Source: Alphaproteobacteria bacterium (GTDB lineage: Bacteria > Pseudomonadota > Alphaproteobacteria > CALKHQ01). From it: a stretch of 64,000 nt of DNA. The notes beneath the pieces are model-generated. The model was not told where the DNA came from. It ran no database searches and saw only the letters and a program-made list of their open reading frames with translations. Position 1 is the stretch's first letter. Each line of letters opens with the position of its first letter. Shown in pieces: positions 23,970 to 34,091 of this stretch. The translations under genes were made by a program, and so were the position numbers. The DNA is taken from positions 2,912,001 to 2,976,000 of the forward strand of contig CBDDFZ010000001.1 in NCBI GenBank assembly GCA_965227515.1, given 5' to 3'.

Positions 23970-24962
23970 TCAGTCGTAAAGGGCGACGCAGCGCACTTCG
24001 ATGCTCCAGCGGTCCGGTGCATCCGGCGGGGTCATAGGGTCGGCAAAGGCGCTGTGGAAGCTGAAGGTGCAGGGCTGGCCGCCCTCCAGCGTGTCGGCCT
24101 GCGCACCTCCGCTCTTGGCCAGTTGGCCATCGGAGTCCCACTGCTTGATCAGCAGGCCCTCGTCGCGAGTGAGCTCCGGGTAGAGATACCAGCGGTGGCG
24201 GTCGGCCTGTTTGGCGAAATAGTTCTCGCCGATCCGGTCGGCATAATGGATTTCGAACACCACCAGGTCCTCCGGCTCCACGCTGGTGGCGTCGCAGAGC
24301 GCCAGCGGATGGGTCACAACGGGCGTGTCGGCGATGTTGCGCCAGACATTGATGATGGCGAAGTGGCCATGGTCGAGCGCCTGGGCCACTTCGCCCGCAT
24401 CGAGCAGGCTTTCGCCCTCGCCGAGCGTTGTGCGGTAAGTGTCGTTGGTGGCCGGTGGCTTGGTCAGGTCGCGCAGGCGCTGCGGGGCGCTGGTCAGGGT
24501 GTAGTCGCCGTGGACCACGTGTGCCGGCCCCTGGACCTGCTGGCCGCCCTCGATGCGGCGCTTGCTCGATTTGCCCGAGGCGGAGCGGACGTTGTGGTCG
24601 AACGCGGCCACGGTGCGGGCACCGCTGGCCGTGCGCACCAGGTCCACGCACTGCGGATAGTACTGCCGCACCACGCTCTCATGGTCGAAGAAGTCGACGC
24701 TGCCTTCGATGGTCGAGGGGCGCATCTCGAAGCCGTTGGCGGCCAGCGTTGGCTGATCGCGGGACGTCAGCGCGCGGGCGTCGGCCACCTGCATGGTGCG
24801 GTCTTCCAGGTCCACGCCCTCCCACACCGCGTCGCTGCCGTCCCGGTCGCGGCGCGTCAGCACCTTGCCGTTGCGATAGAGGGAATGCTCCACCGACGGC
24901 ACCAGGTACTTGAACGAACCGGCGCGCGCCGGCGCGGGTGCTTCGTGTGCTGCGGAACTCAT
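23970..24962 (-). CDS. CmcJ/NvfI-like oxidoreductase
   Basis: FDHNVR, VHGDYT, INVWR, PLALCDA, IKQWDS, HSAF, SIEVR. Confidence 0.8.
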   Translation of the reverse strand: MSSAAHEAPAPARAGSFKYLVPSVEHSLYRNGKVLTRRDRDGSDAVWEGVDLEDRTMQVADARALTSRDQPTLAANGFEMRPSTIEGSVDFFDHESVVRQYYPQCVDLVRTASGARTVAAFDHNVRSASGKSSKRRIEGGQQVQGPAHVVHGDYTLTSAPQRLRDLTKPPATNDTYRTTLGEGESLLDAGEVAQALDHGHFAIINVWRNIADTPVVTHPLALCDATSVEPEDLVVFEIHYADRIGENYFAKQADRHRWYLYPELTRDEGLLIKQWDSDGQLAKSGGAQADTLEGGQPCTFSFHSAFADPMTPPDAPDRWSIEVRCVALYD

Positions 24963-25094
24963 GACGGCAAATCCCTTGCTGCGGTGGCATCGGTGCTCCC
25001 GGCCGTGTGCATAGCACGGCGTCAGGCACCCTGATAAGTTGGGGCACTGAACCACGAAAGGCGATGGCAAATCGCCACTACGATTTGGGAGGAA

Positions 25095-25736
25095 ATGCCG
25101 GTGGACATCTACGCCGATCCGATCACCGTGAACTGCCGCAAGGTGCTGGCTGGCCTGGACCTGATGGGCGCCGACTACACGCTCAGCAAGGTCGACTATT
25201 TCAAGGGTGAGCAGAAGGGCGACGCCTATGTGGCGATCAACCCGAACGCGGCGTTGCCGGCGATGAAGGACGATGACCTGGTACTGTGGGAGTCCAACGC
25301 GATCCTGCAATATGCCGCCGACAAGCAGGGCCGGGCCGATCTCTACCCGACCGGGCTGGCCGACAGGGCCGATGTGAACCGCTGGCTGTTGTGGGAGGCC
25401 GGGGCCTGGTTCCCGACCTGCTACGTCTATCTGGTGGAAAACTGCGTCAAGCCGCTGCTGGGCGGCGCGCCCGACCAGGCGATCCTGGACGGCGAGGCGG
25501 ACAATTTTCACAAGCTGGCCGGCATTCTGGATGCGCGGCTGGCCCAAAACGCCTGGGTTTGCGGCGACGGCGTGACCATCGCCGACATTGCCGTGGCCGC
25601 GCCGATGCACCTCTACGAGTGGGCAAAGCTGCCGCTGGACCGGCACCAGAACGTCATGCGCTGGATGACCCAGAACGTCGAGCAACTGCCGAGCTGGAAG
25701 AAGACCCACGTCGGCGAGGGCTTCACGTTAGGGTAG
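25095..25736 (+). CDS. glutathione S-transferase family protein
   Basis: INPNAALPAM, LWESNAILQY, TIADIA. Confidence 0.93.
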   Translation: MPVDIYADPITVNCRKVLAGLDLMGADYTLSKVDYFKGEQKGDAYVAINPNAALPAMKDDDLVLWESNAILQYAADKQGRADLYPTGLADRADVNRWLLWEAGAWFPTCYVYLVENCVKPLLGGAPDQAILDGEADNFHKLAGILDARLAQNAWVCGDGVTIADIAVAAPMHLYEWAKLPLDRHQNVMRWMTQNVEQLPSWKKTHVGEGFTLG

Positions 25737-25987
25737 GGTCTTCCCGCATTGCCACCTCTTGTGGCTGGCAACTCCACCAAGAATACCAAAATTCGTCGCC
25801 CTCGCGCTTGTCGCGAGGGCCCATTTGCGGGACGCGCCGCGCCAGTGCCGAATAGAGCGGCCAGAGGTTGCACATCCTAATCGTGCGCCTGCCTCACGGG
25901 GTAACGGGTAGACTTAACCTATTGAGTTCCTGGACATAAATGGGTCCTCGCCACGAGGGCGAGGACGACAGGCTCTTCAGTTGCGGT

Positions 25988-26143
25988 CAATCAGATACTA
26001 GGCCACGTCGATCTGGCCGCGGTCGAAGCCGACCTCGCAATAGGACAGGTAGTAGCGCCACATGCGCCGGAAGCGCTGGTCGAAGCCCAGCCGTTCGATT
26101 GCCGGCCAGTTGCCCTCGAACGCCTTCGCCCAGCGCCGTAGGG
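25988..26143 (-). pseudogene. diverged duplicate of the cfa 3' end
   Basis: ~150 bp closely matching 26956-27115; in-frame TAG replaces the CAG of VAQ. Confidence 0.85.
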
Positions 26144-26178
26144 TTGACACGACAAGATTTGCCGGGACAACATTCGGT

Positions 26179-26910
26179 ATGCGCTTGTTGGTTGTATTTC
26201 TATTGTTTTGGCCCGGCGTCGCCAGCGCCTCCGAGATCGTCAGCTACGAAGGCGAGACTTTGGACGGAGAGCCGCACGGACACGGCACTGCGATTATGGC
26301 CGATGGGCGGGTGATAACCGGCGAGTACCGCGATGGTGGATGGACTGGTAGCGGATACACAGAGGTTATTTATCCTAGCGGCAATCGCTACGAGGGCAAT
26401 TTCGAGAATTTTTTGAAGCACGGAAATGGAGTCCATAGACAGCCGGACGGGCTGATCTATTCAGGTGGATGGAGCGACGGGCTCTGGGACGGCTACGGGG
26501 CTATCAGGGGCGCAAACGACTTCTCCTACGGAGGCGACTTCGAGCGCGGATTTGCCGATGGCTATGGCATAGCAATCTATCCAGACTGCAGTCGTTACGA
26601 GGGCCAATGGCGTCAAGGCTATCAGTCCGGATCAGGCGCAATGACAACGTGCGCTGGCGATGTCTACGAGGGCTATTGGCTCAACGGACGTCCTCACGGC
26701 TACGGTGAGTATACGGACGCTCAGGGTGAGATTCGGCACGGGAAATGGTTCCACGGCTGTTACTTCAACCCTCCACGCGAGACCGCATGGATCAACATCA
26801 CGCCACAGGAATGCGGTTTCGCAGCTCCAGATTGGGAGAATGCTGAGCCCATTCCGATCATTCCCGTGGGCATGACTTCAAATGTCGTGCATGCCGCTTA
26901 CCCGAAGTGA
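26179..26910 (+). CDS. secreted MORN-repeat protein
   Basis: Signal peptide MRLLVV..ASA; repeated YEGxWxxGxxHGxG; AT-richer than its flanks. Confidence 0.88.
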   Translation: MRLLVVFLLFWPGVASASEIVSYEGETLDGEPHGHGTAIMADGRVITGEYRDGGWTGSGYTEVIYPSGNRYEGNFENFLKHGNGVHRQPDGLIYSGGWSDGLWDGYGAIRGANDFSYGGDFERGFADGYGIAIYPDCSRYEGQWRQGYQSGSGAMTTCAGDVYEGYWLNGRPHGYGEYTDAQGEIRHGKWFHGCYFNPPRETAWINITPQECGFAAPDWENAEPIPIIPVGMTSNVVHAAYPK

Positions 26911-26955
26911 GCCAGACATCAGCTCGTCAAAGGTCGATGGCCCTGGGTTCGTTGC

Positions 26956-28188
26956 TCAGTCGATCAGGTACTGCGCCACGTCGATCTGGCCGCGGTCGAA
27001 GCCGACCTCGCAGTACGAGAGGTAGTAGCGCCACATGCGCCGGAAGCGCTGGTCGAAGCCCAGCCGTTCGATTGCCGGCCACCTGGCCTCGAACGCCGTG
27101 GCCCAGCGCCGCAACGTCTCTGCGTATGACCGCCCGAATGACAGCCGGTCTGCGATGCGCAGGCCCGACCGGGCGGCCACCTCGTCCAGCACGCCCTCGC
27201 TCGGCAGCATGCCGCCGGGGAAGATGTAGCGCTGGATGAAATCCGGGTTGCGGCGGTAGGTCTCGTACACCGCGTCGTCGATGGTGATGATCTGGAGCGC
27301 CGCCCGCCCGCCCGGGGCCAGCACGCGCCGGACCATGTCGAAATACGAAGGCCAATAGGCCTCGCCGACAGCCTCGAACATCTCGATCGAGGCAACCTTG
27401 TCGAACTGTTCCTGGACGTCGCGGTAGTCCTGCACCCGGATGTCGACCTTGTCGGCCAGGCCGGCCCGTTCCACGCGCTGGCGGGCATAGCTGGCCTGCT
27501 CGACCGAGAGCGTGATGCCGGTGACGGTGCAGCCGAATTCACCGGCCGCCATTTCCGCGAACCCGCCCCAGCCGCATCCGATCTCCAGCACGCGGTCGCC
27601 CGGCTGGAGGTCCAGCATCGTCGCCAGTTGCCGGTTCTTGCGTCGCTGCGCGTCGGCCAGCGGCTCGTTGCCGTCGACGAACAGGGCCGACGAGTAGGTC
27701 ATGGTCTCGTCCAGCCACAGCCGGTAGAAGTCGTTGCCCAGGTCGTAGTGGGCGGCAATGTTGCGTTTGCTGCCGCTACGGGTGTTGTCGCGCAGACGGT
27801 GCCGCAGCCGGTTCAGCGCGGTGGTCAGCCAGGACCGCTTCCAGGCGCTTTTCATGTCGGCGGCGTTGTTCGCCATCAAGGTAAGAACGGCGGACAGGTC
27901 CGGCGTCTCCCATTCTCCCGCCAGATAGGCCTCGGCGAACCCCATGTCGCCCGACGCGATGATGCGCCTGGTCATGCCGATGTCGCGGATGGTGACGGCG
28001 GCGCGCAGATCGGACGTCTTGTCGCCGTAAGTGCCCTGGAAGCCGGACGGAAAGGTCACCGTCAGATGGCCGTGGGCCAGCAGCTTCAGCCAGCGCCGCG
28101 CCAGGTGTTCGCGCAGCCCCGCGGGCCGGCTGCGCTGCCGGTGCGACGCGCCGGCGGCGGCGTGGCCGATGGCGTCGTCGCCGCTCAT
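26956..28188 (-). CDS. cfa: cyclopropane fatty acid synthase family SAM methyltransferase
   Basis: NIAAHYDLGNDFY, VLEIGCGWGG, SIEMFEAVG, YIFPGG. Confidence 0.93.
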   Translation of the reverse strand: MSGDDAIGHAAAGASHRQRSRPAGLREHLARRWLKLLAHGHLTVTFPSGFQGTYGDKTSDLRAAVTIRDIGMTRRIIASGDMGFAEAYLAGEWETPDLSAVLTLMANNAADMKSAWKRSWLTTALNRLRHRLRDNTRSGSKRNIAAHYDLGNDFYRLWLDETMTYSSALFVDGNEPLADAQRRKNRQLATMLDLQPGDRVLEIGCGWGGFAEMAAGEFGCTVTGITLSVEQASYARQRVERAGLADKVDIRVQDYRDVQEQFDKVASIEMFEAVGEAYWPSYFDMVRRVLAPGGRAALQIITIDDAVYETYRRNPDFIQRYIFPGGMLPSEGVLDEVAARSGLRIADRLSFGRSYAETLRRWATAFEARWPAIERLGFDQRFRRMWRYYLSYCEVGFDRGQIDVAQYLID

Positions 28189-28982
28189 CACGCCCTGGGC
28201 TCGGCCCGGACGGCCGGCCAGTTGCTGCTGGCGTTCGGGGCTTCTGCTGGCCGGTGGGGCAGGGGACGGATGCCCTTCAGCCAGAGGCGCAGCGCTTCCC
28301 AATGGATGCCGGCGAAGACCTTGAACGTCATCAGCGGATGCCGGGCGAGCGTTCGCGCCAACATTGCCGAGGTTAGCGGCCGATGGCGGCCACGAAACGC
28401 CGCCGCCAGGATCGGCCCGTCGCTGTCGCCCACCCGGATGGCCAGCGACACCTCGTCGCCGGGCGGGCGGATGCTGAATGTGTAGCCGGCGTCCATGCCG
28501 ATGAACGGCGAGACGTAGAACCGCTTGTCGCACCTTTGGCGGACCGTGCCGGTGCGCCCGTTGGTGCGGACCGGGATGACGTAGGTGTGGCGCTCGCCGA
28601 AGGTGTTGCGCACCTCGTGCAGCGTTGCGGCCAGGGTGCCGTCGCGCCGGTAGCAGAAATAGACGCTCAGCGGGTTGAAGACGTAGCCCAGGATGCGTGG
28701 GTAGCAGAGCAGGCGCACCGGGCCGTCGTCCCAGTCGATGCCGGCGTCGCGCAGCCGGGCGCCGACCCAGGGGCGCAGCGGCGTGCCGTCGGCGGGGCCG
28801 TGGTCGCGGTCGTGGAAGGCCACCAGCGCGCGCCGGTTATGGCCGAACCAGCGCACGCTCCTGTCGAGGGTCGGCAACTCATCCAGGTCGAGCAGCAGGG
28901 AGAAGACGCGATAGCGCAGGCGGTGCTGCTTCGGGCGTAGCCGGCTGTGCACCACGGCACCTTGGTAGATGGCAGACTGCAT
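28188..28982 (-). CDS. DUF1365 protein
   Basis: HSRLRPKQH, PRILGYVFNPLS, EVRNTFGERH, FYVSPF, IHWEALRLW. Confidence 0.92.
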   Translation of the reverse strand: MQSAIYQGAVVHSRLRPKQHRLRYRVFSLLLDLDELPTLDRSVRWFGHNRRALVAFHDRDHGPADGTPLRPWVGARLRDAGIDWDDGPVRLLCYPRILGYVFNPLSVYFCYRRDGTLAATLHEVRNTFGERHTYVIPVRTNGRTGTVRQRCDKRFYVSPFIGMDAGYTFSIRPPGDEVSLAIRVGDSDGPILAAAFRGRHRPLTSAMLARTLARHPLMTFKVFAGIHWEALRLWLKGIRPLPHRPAEAPNASSNWPAVRAEPRA

Positions 28983-28984
28983 GC

Positions 28985-30307
28985 TCACGCCTGTTCCGCC
29001 CATTGCGGAGTGCTGATCGTCAAACGGTCGTTCTCGCCCGGCACGGTCCATGGCCGCCGCGCACCGCCGATGGCCTCGGCCACCGCCAGGCCGGACTGCA
29101 GCGCGTCCTCATGGAAGCCGTAGCCGAAGTAGCTGCCGCAGTACCAGCAGTGGCGGTGGCCCTGCAAGCGCCAGAGGTCGGCCTGCGACGCGATGGCGGC
29201 CCGGTGGTAGTCCGGGTGGGTGACGGTCTGCTCTTCGATCACCAGGTCGGGCGCGGGCTCGACCACCGGGTTCAGGGTGATGAACAGGTCGTCGCGCGGA
29301 TCGAGCGACTGCAGGCGATTGAGCCAATATGTCACGCACAGCGATGCGCGGTCCGGGCCGCCGTCGGGCGCCTCCACCACGTTCCAGCTCGACCAAACGC
29401 GGCGGCGCTTCGGCATCAGCCGGCGGTCGCGATGCGACACCGCGCGGTTGACGGTGTAGCGCCATGACCCCAGCAGGCGCGTCTCGATGGGGTCGGGCGC
29501 CTGCAACAGGCGCAGGGCCTGGTCGGCGTGGGTCGCAATGACGACATGGTCGAATGGGTGCGGGTGGCCGGCGGCGTCGACGACCGCAACGCCGTTCGCG
29601 CGCCGCCGCACGGCCTGCACCGGCGTGTGGCGAATGCGGTCGCGGAAGGGTGCGACCAGGCGGTCGACATATTCGCGGCTGCCGCCGTCCACCGTGCGCC
29701 ATTGCGGGCGTCCGGTCAGCCGCAACAGGCCGTGGCTGTGGAAGAAGCGGATGAACGCTGCGGCCGGGTAGTCCAGCATCGCGGCCGGCGTTGTCGACCA
29801 GATCGCTGCCCCCATCGGTAGCAGGTGATCGTGCACGAACGCGCTGTCAAAACCGCCGGCGCGCAGGTAGTCGCCCAAGCTGAGGTCGGCGACGAGCGGC
29901 TCGTCCAGGTATCGCGCGGCATCGCGGTAGAAATGGCGGATGCCGGCAAGCATGCGCCAGAAGCGTGGGCGCACGGCGTTGCGCCGCTGGCCGACCAGCC
30001 CGTTCAGGCTGGAGCCGGAATATTCAAGGCTGCCGCCGTCCAGCGACGCGGCGAACGACATGTCGCTGGGCTTGGTCGGCACGTCCAGGTGCCGCAGCAG
30101 CGCGGTGAAGTTCGGGTAGTTGGCCTCGTTGTAGACGATGAAGCCGGTGTCCACCGGCACGCTCCGGTCGCCCAGCGTCACATCGACCGTACGCGCGTGG
30201 CCGCCGACGTGGGCGCCGGCTTCGAAGACCGTGACGCGATGGTACTTGTCCAGCAGCCATGCGGCGGACATGCCGGCAATGCCGGTGCCGATGACGGCGA
30301 TGGACAT
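28985..30307 (-). CDS. FAD-dependent amine-oxidase-family protein (RSP_1091-like)
   Basis: IAVIGTGIAG, VDTGFIVYN, GFHEDALQSG; in the cfa/DUF1365 operon. Confidence 0.9.
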   Translation of the reverse strand: MSIAVIGTGIAGMSAAWLLDKYHRVTVFEAGAHVGGHARTVDVTLGDRSVPVDTGFIVYNEANYPNFTALLRHLDVPTKPSDMSFAASLDGGSLEYSGSSLNGLVGQRRNAVRPRFWRMLAGIRHFYRDAARYLDEPLVADLSLGDYLRAGGFDSAFVHDHLLPMGAAIWSTTPAAMLDYPAAAFIRFFHSHGLLRLTGRPQWRTVDGGSREYVDRLVAPFRDRIRHTPVQAVRRRANGVAVVDAAGHPHPFDHVVIATHADQALRLLQAPDPIETRLLGSWRYTVNRAVSHRDRRLMPKRRRVWSSWNVVEAPDGGPDRASLCVTYWLNRLQSLDPRDDLFITLNPVVEPAPDLVIEEQTVTHPDYHRAAIASQADLWRLQGHRHCWYCGSYFGYGFHEDALQSGLAVAEAIGGARRPWTVPGENDRLTISTPQWAEQA

Positions 30308-30411
30308 GGGGCGGCTGGTTGGGGGCGGAAGGTTCAAATCGGCGGCTCTCGATGTTGGCGGTTATCGAAAACCGCGGTGCAATGATAGCGAACTGCAAAG
30401 GCTCATCGAAC

Positions 30412-30438
30412 TTACGCCCTGGGCCGACGTTCGGATCA
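30412..30438 (-). promoter_or_regulatory. RpoE (ECF11) promoter for the oxidase-DUF1365-cfa operon
   Basis: Minus strand reads TGATCC-N16-CGTAA. Confidence 0.8.
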
Positions 30439-30481
30439 CGCCGGTTGCAGGCTCGCGATGCGATCGAACCTGTGCGCGGCA

Positions 30482-30508
30482 TGATCCAAAACGCGTCGCT
30501 GTGCGTAT
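30482..30508 (+). promoter_or_regulatory. RpoE (ECF11) autoregulatory promoter
   Basis: TGATCC-N16-CGTAT. Confidence 0.8.
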
Positions 30509-30795
30509 TAGGGGTCATGAACGCTTGCTCAACAGCGTCGGAGTTTCACGTGCACACACGGGCACCGGGCGCGATGCCGTTCGGCATCGTGGGAATTGCC
30601 CCTGTCTGCGCGACGGCAGACCGGCTAGTCTCGGTTCTGGTTCATCGGCGACGGTCATGTCCCCTGGCTGCCCGATCTCAACGATCGACAATCGGTGCGT
30701 CAGGGAAGGCAGCATGGGCCGCCGCGGGTTTACCTCGATCCGCGGCCCGGAATGGTGGGGGGGTCGTTGCGGGGTTGGCGGCACAAAGAAACGAT

Positions 30796-31362
30796 ATGTC
30801 ACGTACGACGCAGTCGGTGCAAAACGATCTCGATGACAAGGTTGCAGCGGTTGCACGGTCGCAGGACATGGAGGCTTTCCGCGCGCTGTTCGAGCATTTC
30901 GCACCGCGCGTGAAGGCAATCCTGATGCGCCAGGGCGCGGATGCCGGCACCGCCGAGGACGTGGTGCAGGAAACCATGGCCAACGTCTGGCGCAAGGCGG
31001 CGCTGTTCGATCCGGCGAAGGCATCGTGCGCGACGTGGGTGTTTCGCATTGCGCGAAACGTGCGGATCGACCAGTTGCGGCGGACCAACCGGCCCGAGCC
31101 GGACATGGACGATCCGGCCCTTGTCCGCGACCCGGACCCGCAGGCCGACGAGATGCTGTCCCGCGGGCAGGATATCGAGCGCATCAAGAAGGTGGTGGCC
31201 GACTTGTCGCAGGAGCAGCAGGACGTGCTGAAGCTCGCGTTTTTCGAAGGCAAGCCGCATTCGGAGATTGCGGCCGAACTGGACATCCCATTGGGAACGG
31301 TTAAGTCCCGCATCAGGCTCGCCTTTCGGCACCTGCGCGTGGGCTTGGAGCGACAGGTATGA
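30796..31362 (+). CDS. rpoE: ECF sigma factor RpoE (ECF11)
   Basis: AEDVVQET..VWRKAALFDP, TWVFRIARN, PLGTVKSRIRLA; upstream of chrR; alternative start 30517. Confidence 0.92.
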   Translation: MSRTTQSVQNDLDDKVAAVARSQDMEAFRALFEHFAPRVKAILMRQGADAGTAEDVVQETMANVWRKAALFDPAKASCATWVFRIARNVRIDQLRRTNRPEPDMDDPALVRDPDPQADEMLSRGQDIERIKKVVADLSQEQQDVLKLAFFEGKPHSEIAAELDIPLGTVKSRIRLAFRHLRVGLERQV

Positions 31363-32033
31363 GCGCCATGACCATTCATCACCATCCGAGCGAGGAGCTG
31401 CTGCTCGACTATGCGTCGGGTGGCATCCACGAGGCATTCGGCGTGGCCATTGCGACCCATGTCGCGCTGTGCCCGGAGTGTCGTGCGATTGTCGCCGATA
31501 TGGAAGCCATAGGCGGTGCGTTTCTCGATACTGTCGATCCGTCGTCCGTGGGCGATGACACCTGGGCCGGCGTGGTTTCGCGCTTGCAGGATGCACCGCA
31601 ACAGCGGAGCGAAGTAGCCGAAGTGCGCGCCGTGGACGCGGGCAACCGGCCGATACTGCCGCAGCCCCTGCGCAGCTATCTGGGCGGTGACGTCGATGCG
31701 CTGAAGTGGCGCTGGGCCGGCGTCGGCGCCGCCCAGATCGTGCTGCCGACAAGCGAGGGCGGTGCCAAGGCCCGCCTGTTGCGGATCCCGGCCGGCCGGC
31801 CGGTGCCGCACCACACCCATGGCGGGCTGGAGCTGACCCTGGTGCTGGCCGGCGCCTACAGCGACGATACCGGTACCTTCGCGCGCGGCGACCTGCAGGA
31901 GGCCGACGAGAGCCTGAAGCACCAGCCCCATGCGGCCAAGGGCGAGGATTGCATCTGCCTGGCGGTCACCGACACGCCGCTGCGCTTCTCAAGCTTCGCG
32001 GCGCGGATGCTTCAGCCGTTCTTCGGCATCTGA
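31359..32033 (+). CDS. chrR: anti-sigma factor ChrR
   Basis: HHP..LLDYASG, HVALCPEC zinc motif, cupin PHHTHGGLELTLVLAG. Confidence 0.95.
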   Translation: MSAMTIHHHPSEELLLDYASGGIHEAFGVAIATHVALCPECRAIVADMEAIGGAFLDTVDPSSVGDDTWAGVVSRLQDAPQQRSEVAEVRAVDAGNRPILPQPLRSYLGGDVDALKWRWAGVGAAQIVLPTSEGGAKARLLRIPAGRPVPHHTHGGLELTLVLAGAYSDDTGTFARGDLQEADESLKHQPHAAKGEDCICLAVTDTPLRFSSFAARMLQPFFGI

Positions 32034-32045
32034 CGCACGAACTCC

Positions 32046-33182
32046 CTACGCCAGCAGCGCCTGCGCTTCCTCCTCGGTGAGGTGCGCGGGCCGCTCCGCG
32101 CCCGACGCCACCTCGACAAAGCCGCCCTGTCGCGCCGACTGCTCGATCGCCTCTGCCACCTCCAGTACGTGGAGGCCCAGTCGGTCGCTGGTGCGATGCG
32201 GGCGGCCCGCCTTGATCGCTGCCGCCATCTCGGCGATGCCGAGACCACGGAAGTTGGTGCGGGTGGGGTTGTCCACCGGCCAGTTCGGTGCGCCGAACAC
32301 CCGGTCGTCCGACTTGATCACCGTCCAATTGTCCTTGCCGGTGCCGACTTCGATGTCACCGCCGAAGAAATTGGGATCGGGCGGCCGAATGGTTGCTGTG
32401 GTGCCGTAGAGCTCCATCGGGCGGTGGCCGTGCGCCTGGACGTCCCAGCTCAGGGCCAGGAAGATGTGCGCGCCATTGCCGAAGCGCAGCAACGCCAGCG
32501 CCGTGGTCGGCACCTCCACCTTGAAGGCCACGTCCTTGTTCGGCCCGTCGGCGCCGCACACACGTTCCGCCTTGCCGGTGGCCTCCACGCCGGCGACGGC
32601 CGTGATCGGGCCGAGCAACTGAACCAGCGATGCGATGTAGTAGGGCCCCACGTCCAGCACCGGGCCGCCGCCGCGCTGGAAGAAGAAGGCCGGGTTCGGA
32701 TGCCAGCTCTCCATGCCCGGGGACAGCATGAAGCAGGTGCCGGACAGGATCGTGCCGACCTTGCCGCTGTCGATCAGCTCGCGGCTGATGCGGTGCCCGG
32801 CGCCAAGCACGGTGTCCGGCGCGACACCGACGCGCAGCCCCTTTGCCGCCGCCAGGTCCACCAGTTCCTTGCCCTCGTCGATGGAGATGCCGAGCGGCTT
32901 TTCCGAATAGACGTGCTTGCCGGCGTTCAGCGCGGTGCGGGTGACAGTGGCGTGGGCCACCGGCACGGTGAGGTTCAGGACAATGTCGATCTCGGGGTCG
33001 TTGAGCAAGTCGTCCACCGCCGCGACGCGCAGGCCGTAAGCGTTGCCCAGCCGAGACGCGGCGGCTTCGTTCATGTCCGCGCACGCCACCATCTCGACGT
33101 CGCGGAAGCCCGGCATGTTGTGGGCGTAGATGCCGGAGATCACCCCGCATCCGATCACCCCTACCTTGAGTGGTTCGCTCAT
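32046..33182 (-). CDS. Gfo/Idh/MocA family oxidoreductase
   Basis: VGVIGCGVIS, GKHVYSEKP, GGGPVLDVGPYY. Confidence 0.93.
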   Translation of the reverse strand: MSEPLKVGVIGCGVISGIYAHNMPGFRDVEMVACADMNEAAASRLGNAYGLRVAAVDDLLNDPEIDIVLNLTVPVAHATVTRTALNAGKHVYSEKPLGISIDEGKELVDLAAAKGLRVGVAPDTVLGAGHRISRELIDSGKVGTILSGTCFMLSPGMESWHPNPAFFFQRGGGPVLDVGPYYIASLVQLLGPITAVAGVEATGKAERVCGADGPNKDVAFKVEVPTTALALLRFGNGAHIFLALSWDVQAHGHRPMELYGTTATIRPPDPNFFGGDIEVGTGKDNWTVIKSDDRVFGAPNWPVDNPTRTNFRGLGIAEMAAAIKAGRPHRTSDRLGLHVLEVAEAIEQSARQGGFVEVASGAERPAHLTEEEAQALLA

Positions 33183-33301
33183 CCTCTAACCTTTCAATTC
33201 ACAGAGCGGCCGGGCCCGGCCCGTGCCGCCGCGCGTGCGTCATGTTCGATTGTGCCCGGCGCGGTGCAACCGCCGCCGGTGCGTCGTGTTCGGCGCGCGG
33301 C

Positions 33302-34051
33302 CTACCAGTCGGCCATGGTCGCGACCGACCGCTGCATGAAGCGCGCGAAATCCGAAGGGTTGTCGTGCTCCAGGACCAGGAACTCCGGTTCCGCCGAGCG
33401 GATGGCCGGCAGCAGGGCGGCCCAGTCCATGGTGCCGTGGCCGACGTCGGCCCAGCCGTCCTCGTCCTGGTTCTGCCCGGCCGGTGCCAGATCCTTGATG
33501 TGGAACGACACGATCCTGTCGCGGTAGCGTTCGATCCACGCCAGCGGGTCCTGGCCCGCGCGGACCACCCAGCCGATATCCATCTGCCACCCCAGGTTCG
33601 GCGCGCCGGCAAGGATCAGGTCCATGGGGAACCGGCCGTCGCCGGTGGGCCGGAACTCGAAGTCGTGGTTGTGCCAGGCCAGCCGCAGGTCGTGTTCCGC
33701 CAGCCGGGCCTGCTGAACGCCAAGTTCGGCACCGAAGGCGGTCCAGCCATCGGCGTCGCTCGGCCGGTTGTCGGCCATCAGGAACGGAATGATCATCAGA
33801 CGCACGCCGATCGTCTTGGCGGTCGCGACCGTGGTGTCGAAGTTTTCCTGAAGGTCCACCAGGCCGACATGGGTGGTCGGCGCCACGAGCTCGTGCTGCT
33901 GCATGTCGCCTGTGTACTGGTCGGCATCGCGCAGCAACGCGGCGTAGAACTCCACATTGTGCAGTCCTGTATCGGCAACTGTCTTCAGCTGCGTCGCGAC
34001 AGGCGGGAAGTTGCGAGCCGAGTAGAGCTGCACCGAGATGTTGTCGAGCAT
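33302..34051 (-). CDS. sugar phosphate isomerase/epimerase (IolE-like TIM barrel)
   Basis: SVQLYSAR, WHNHDFEF, FHIKD, VLEHD. Confidence 0.9.
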   Translation of the reverse strand: MLDNISVQLYSARNFPPVATQLKTVADTGLHNVEFYAALLRDADQYTGDMQQHELVAPTTHVGLVDLQENFDTTVATAKTIGVRLMIIPFLMADNRPSDADGWTAFGAELGVQQARLAEHDLRLAWHNHDFEFRPTGDGRFPMDLILAGAPNLGWQMDIGWVVRAGQDPLAWIERYRDRIVSFHIKDLAPAGQNQDEDGWADVGHGTMDWAALLPAIRSAEPEFLVLEHDNPSDFARFMQRSVATMADW

Positions 34052-34091
34052 GAAGGTCAAAACTCCAAGGGGGTGGCTGACGGCCGTTCGG

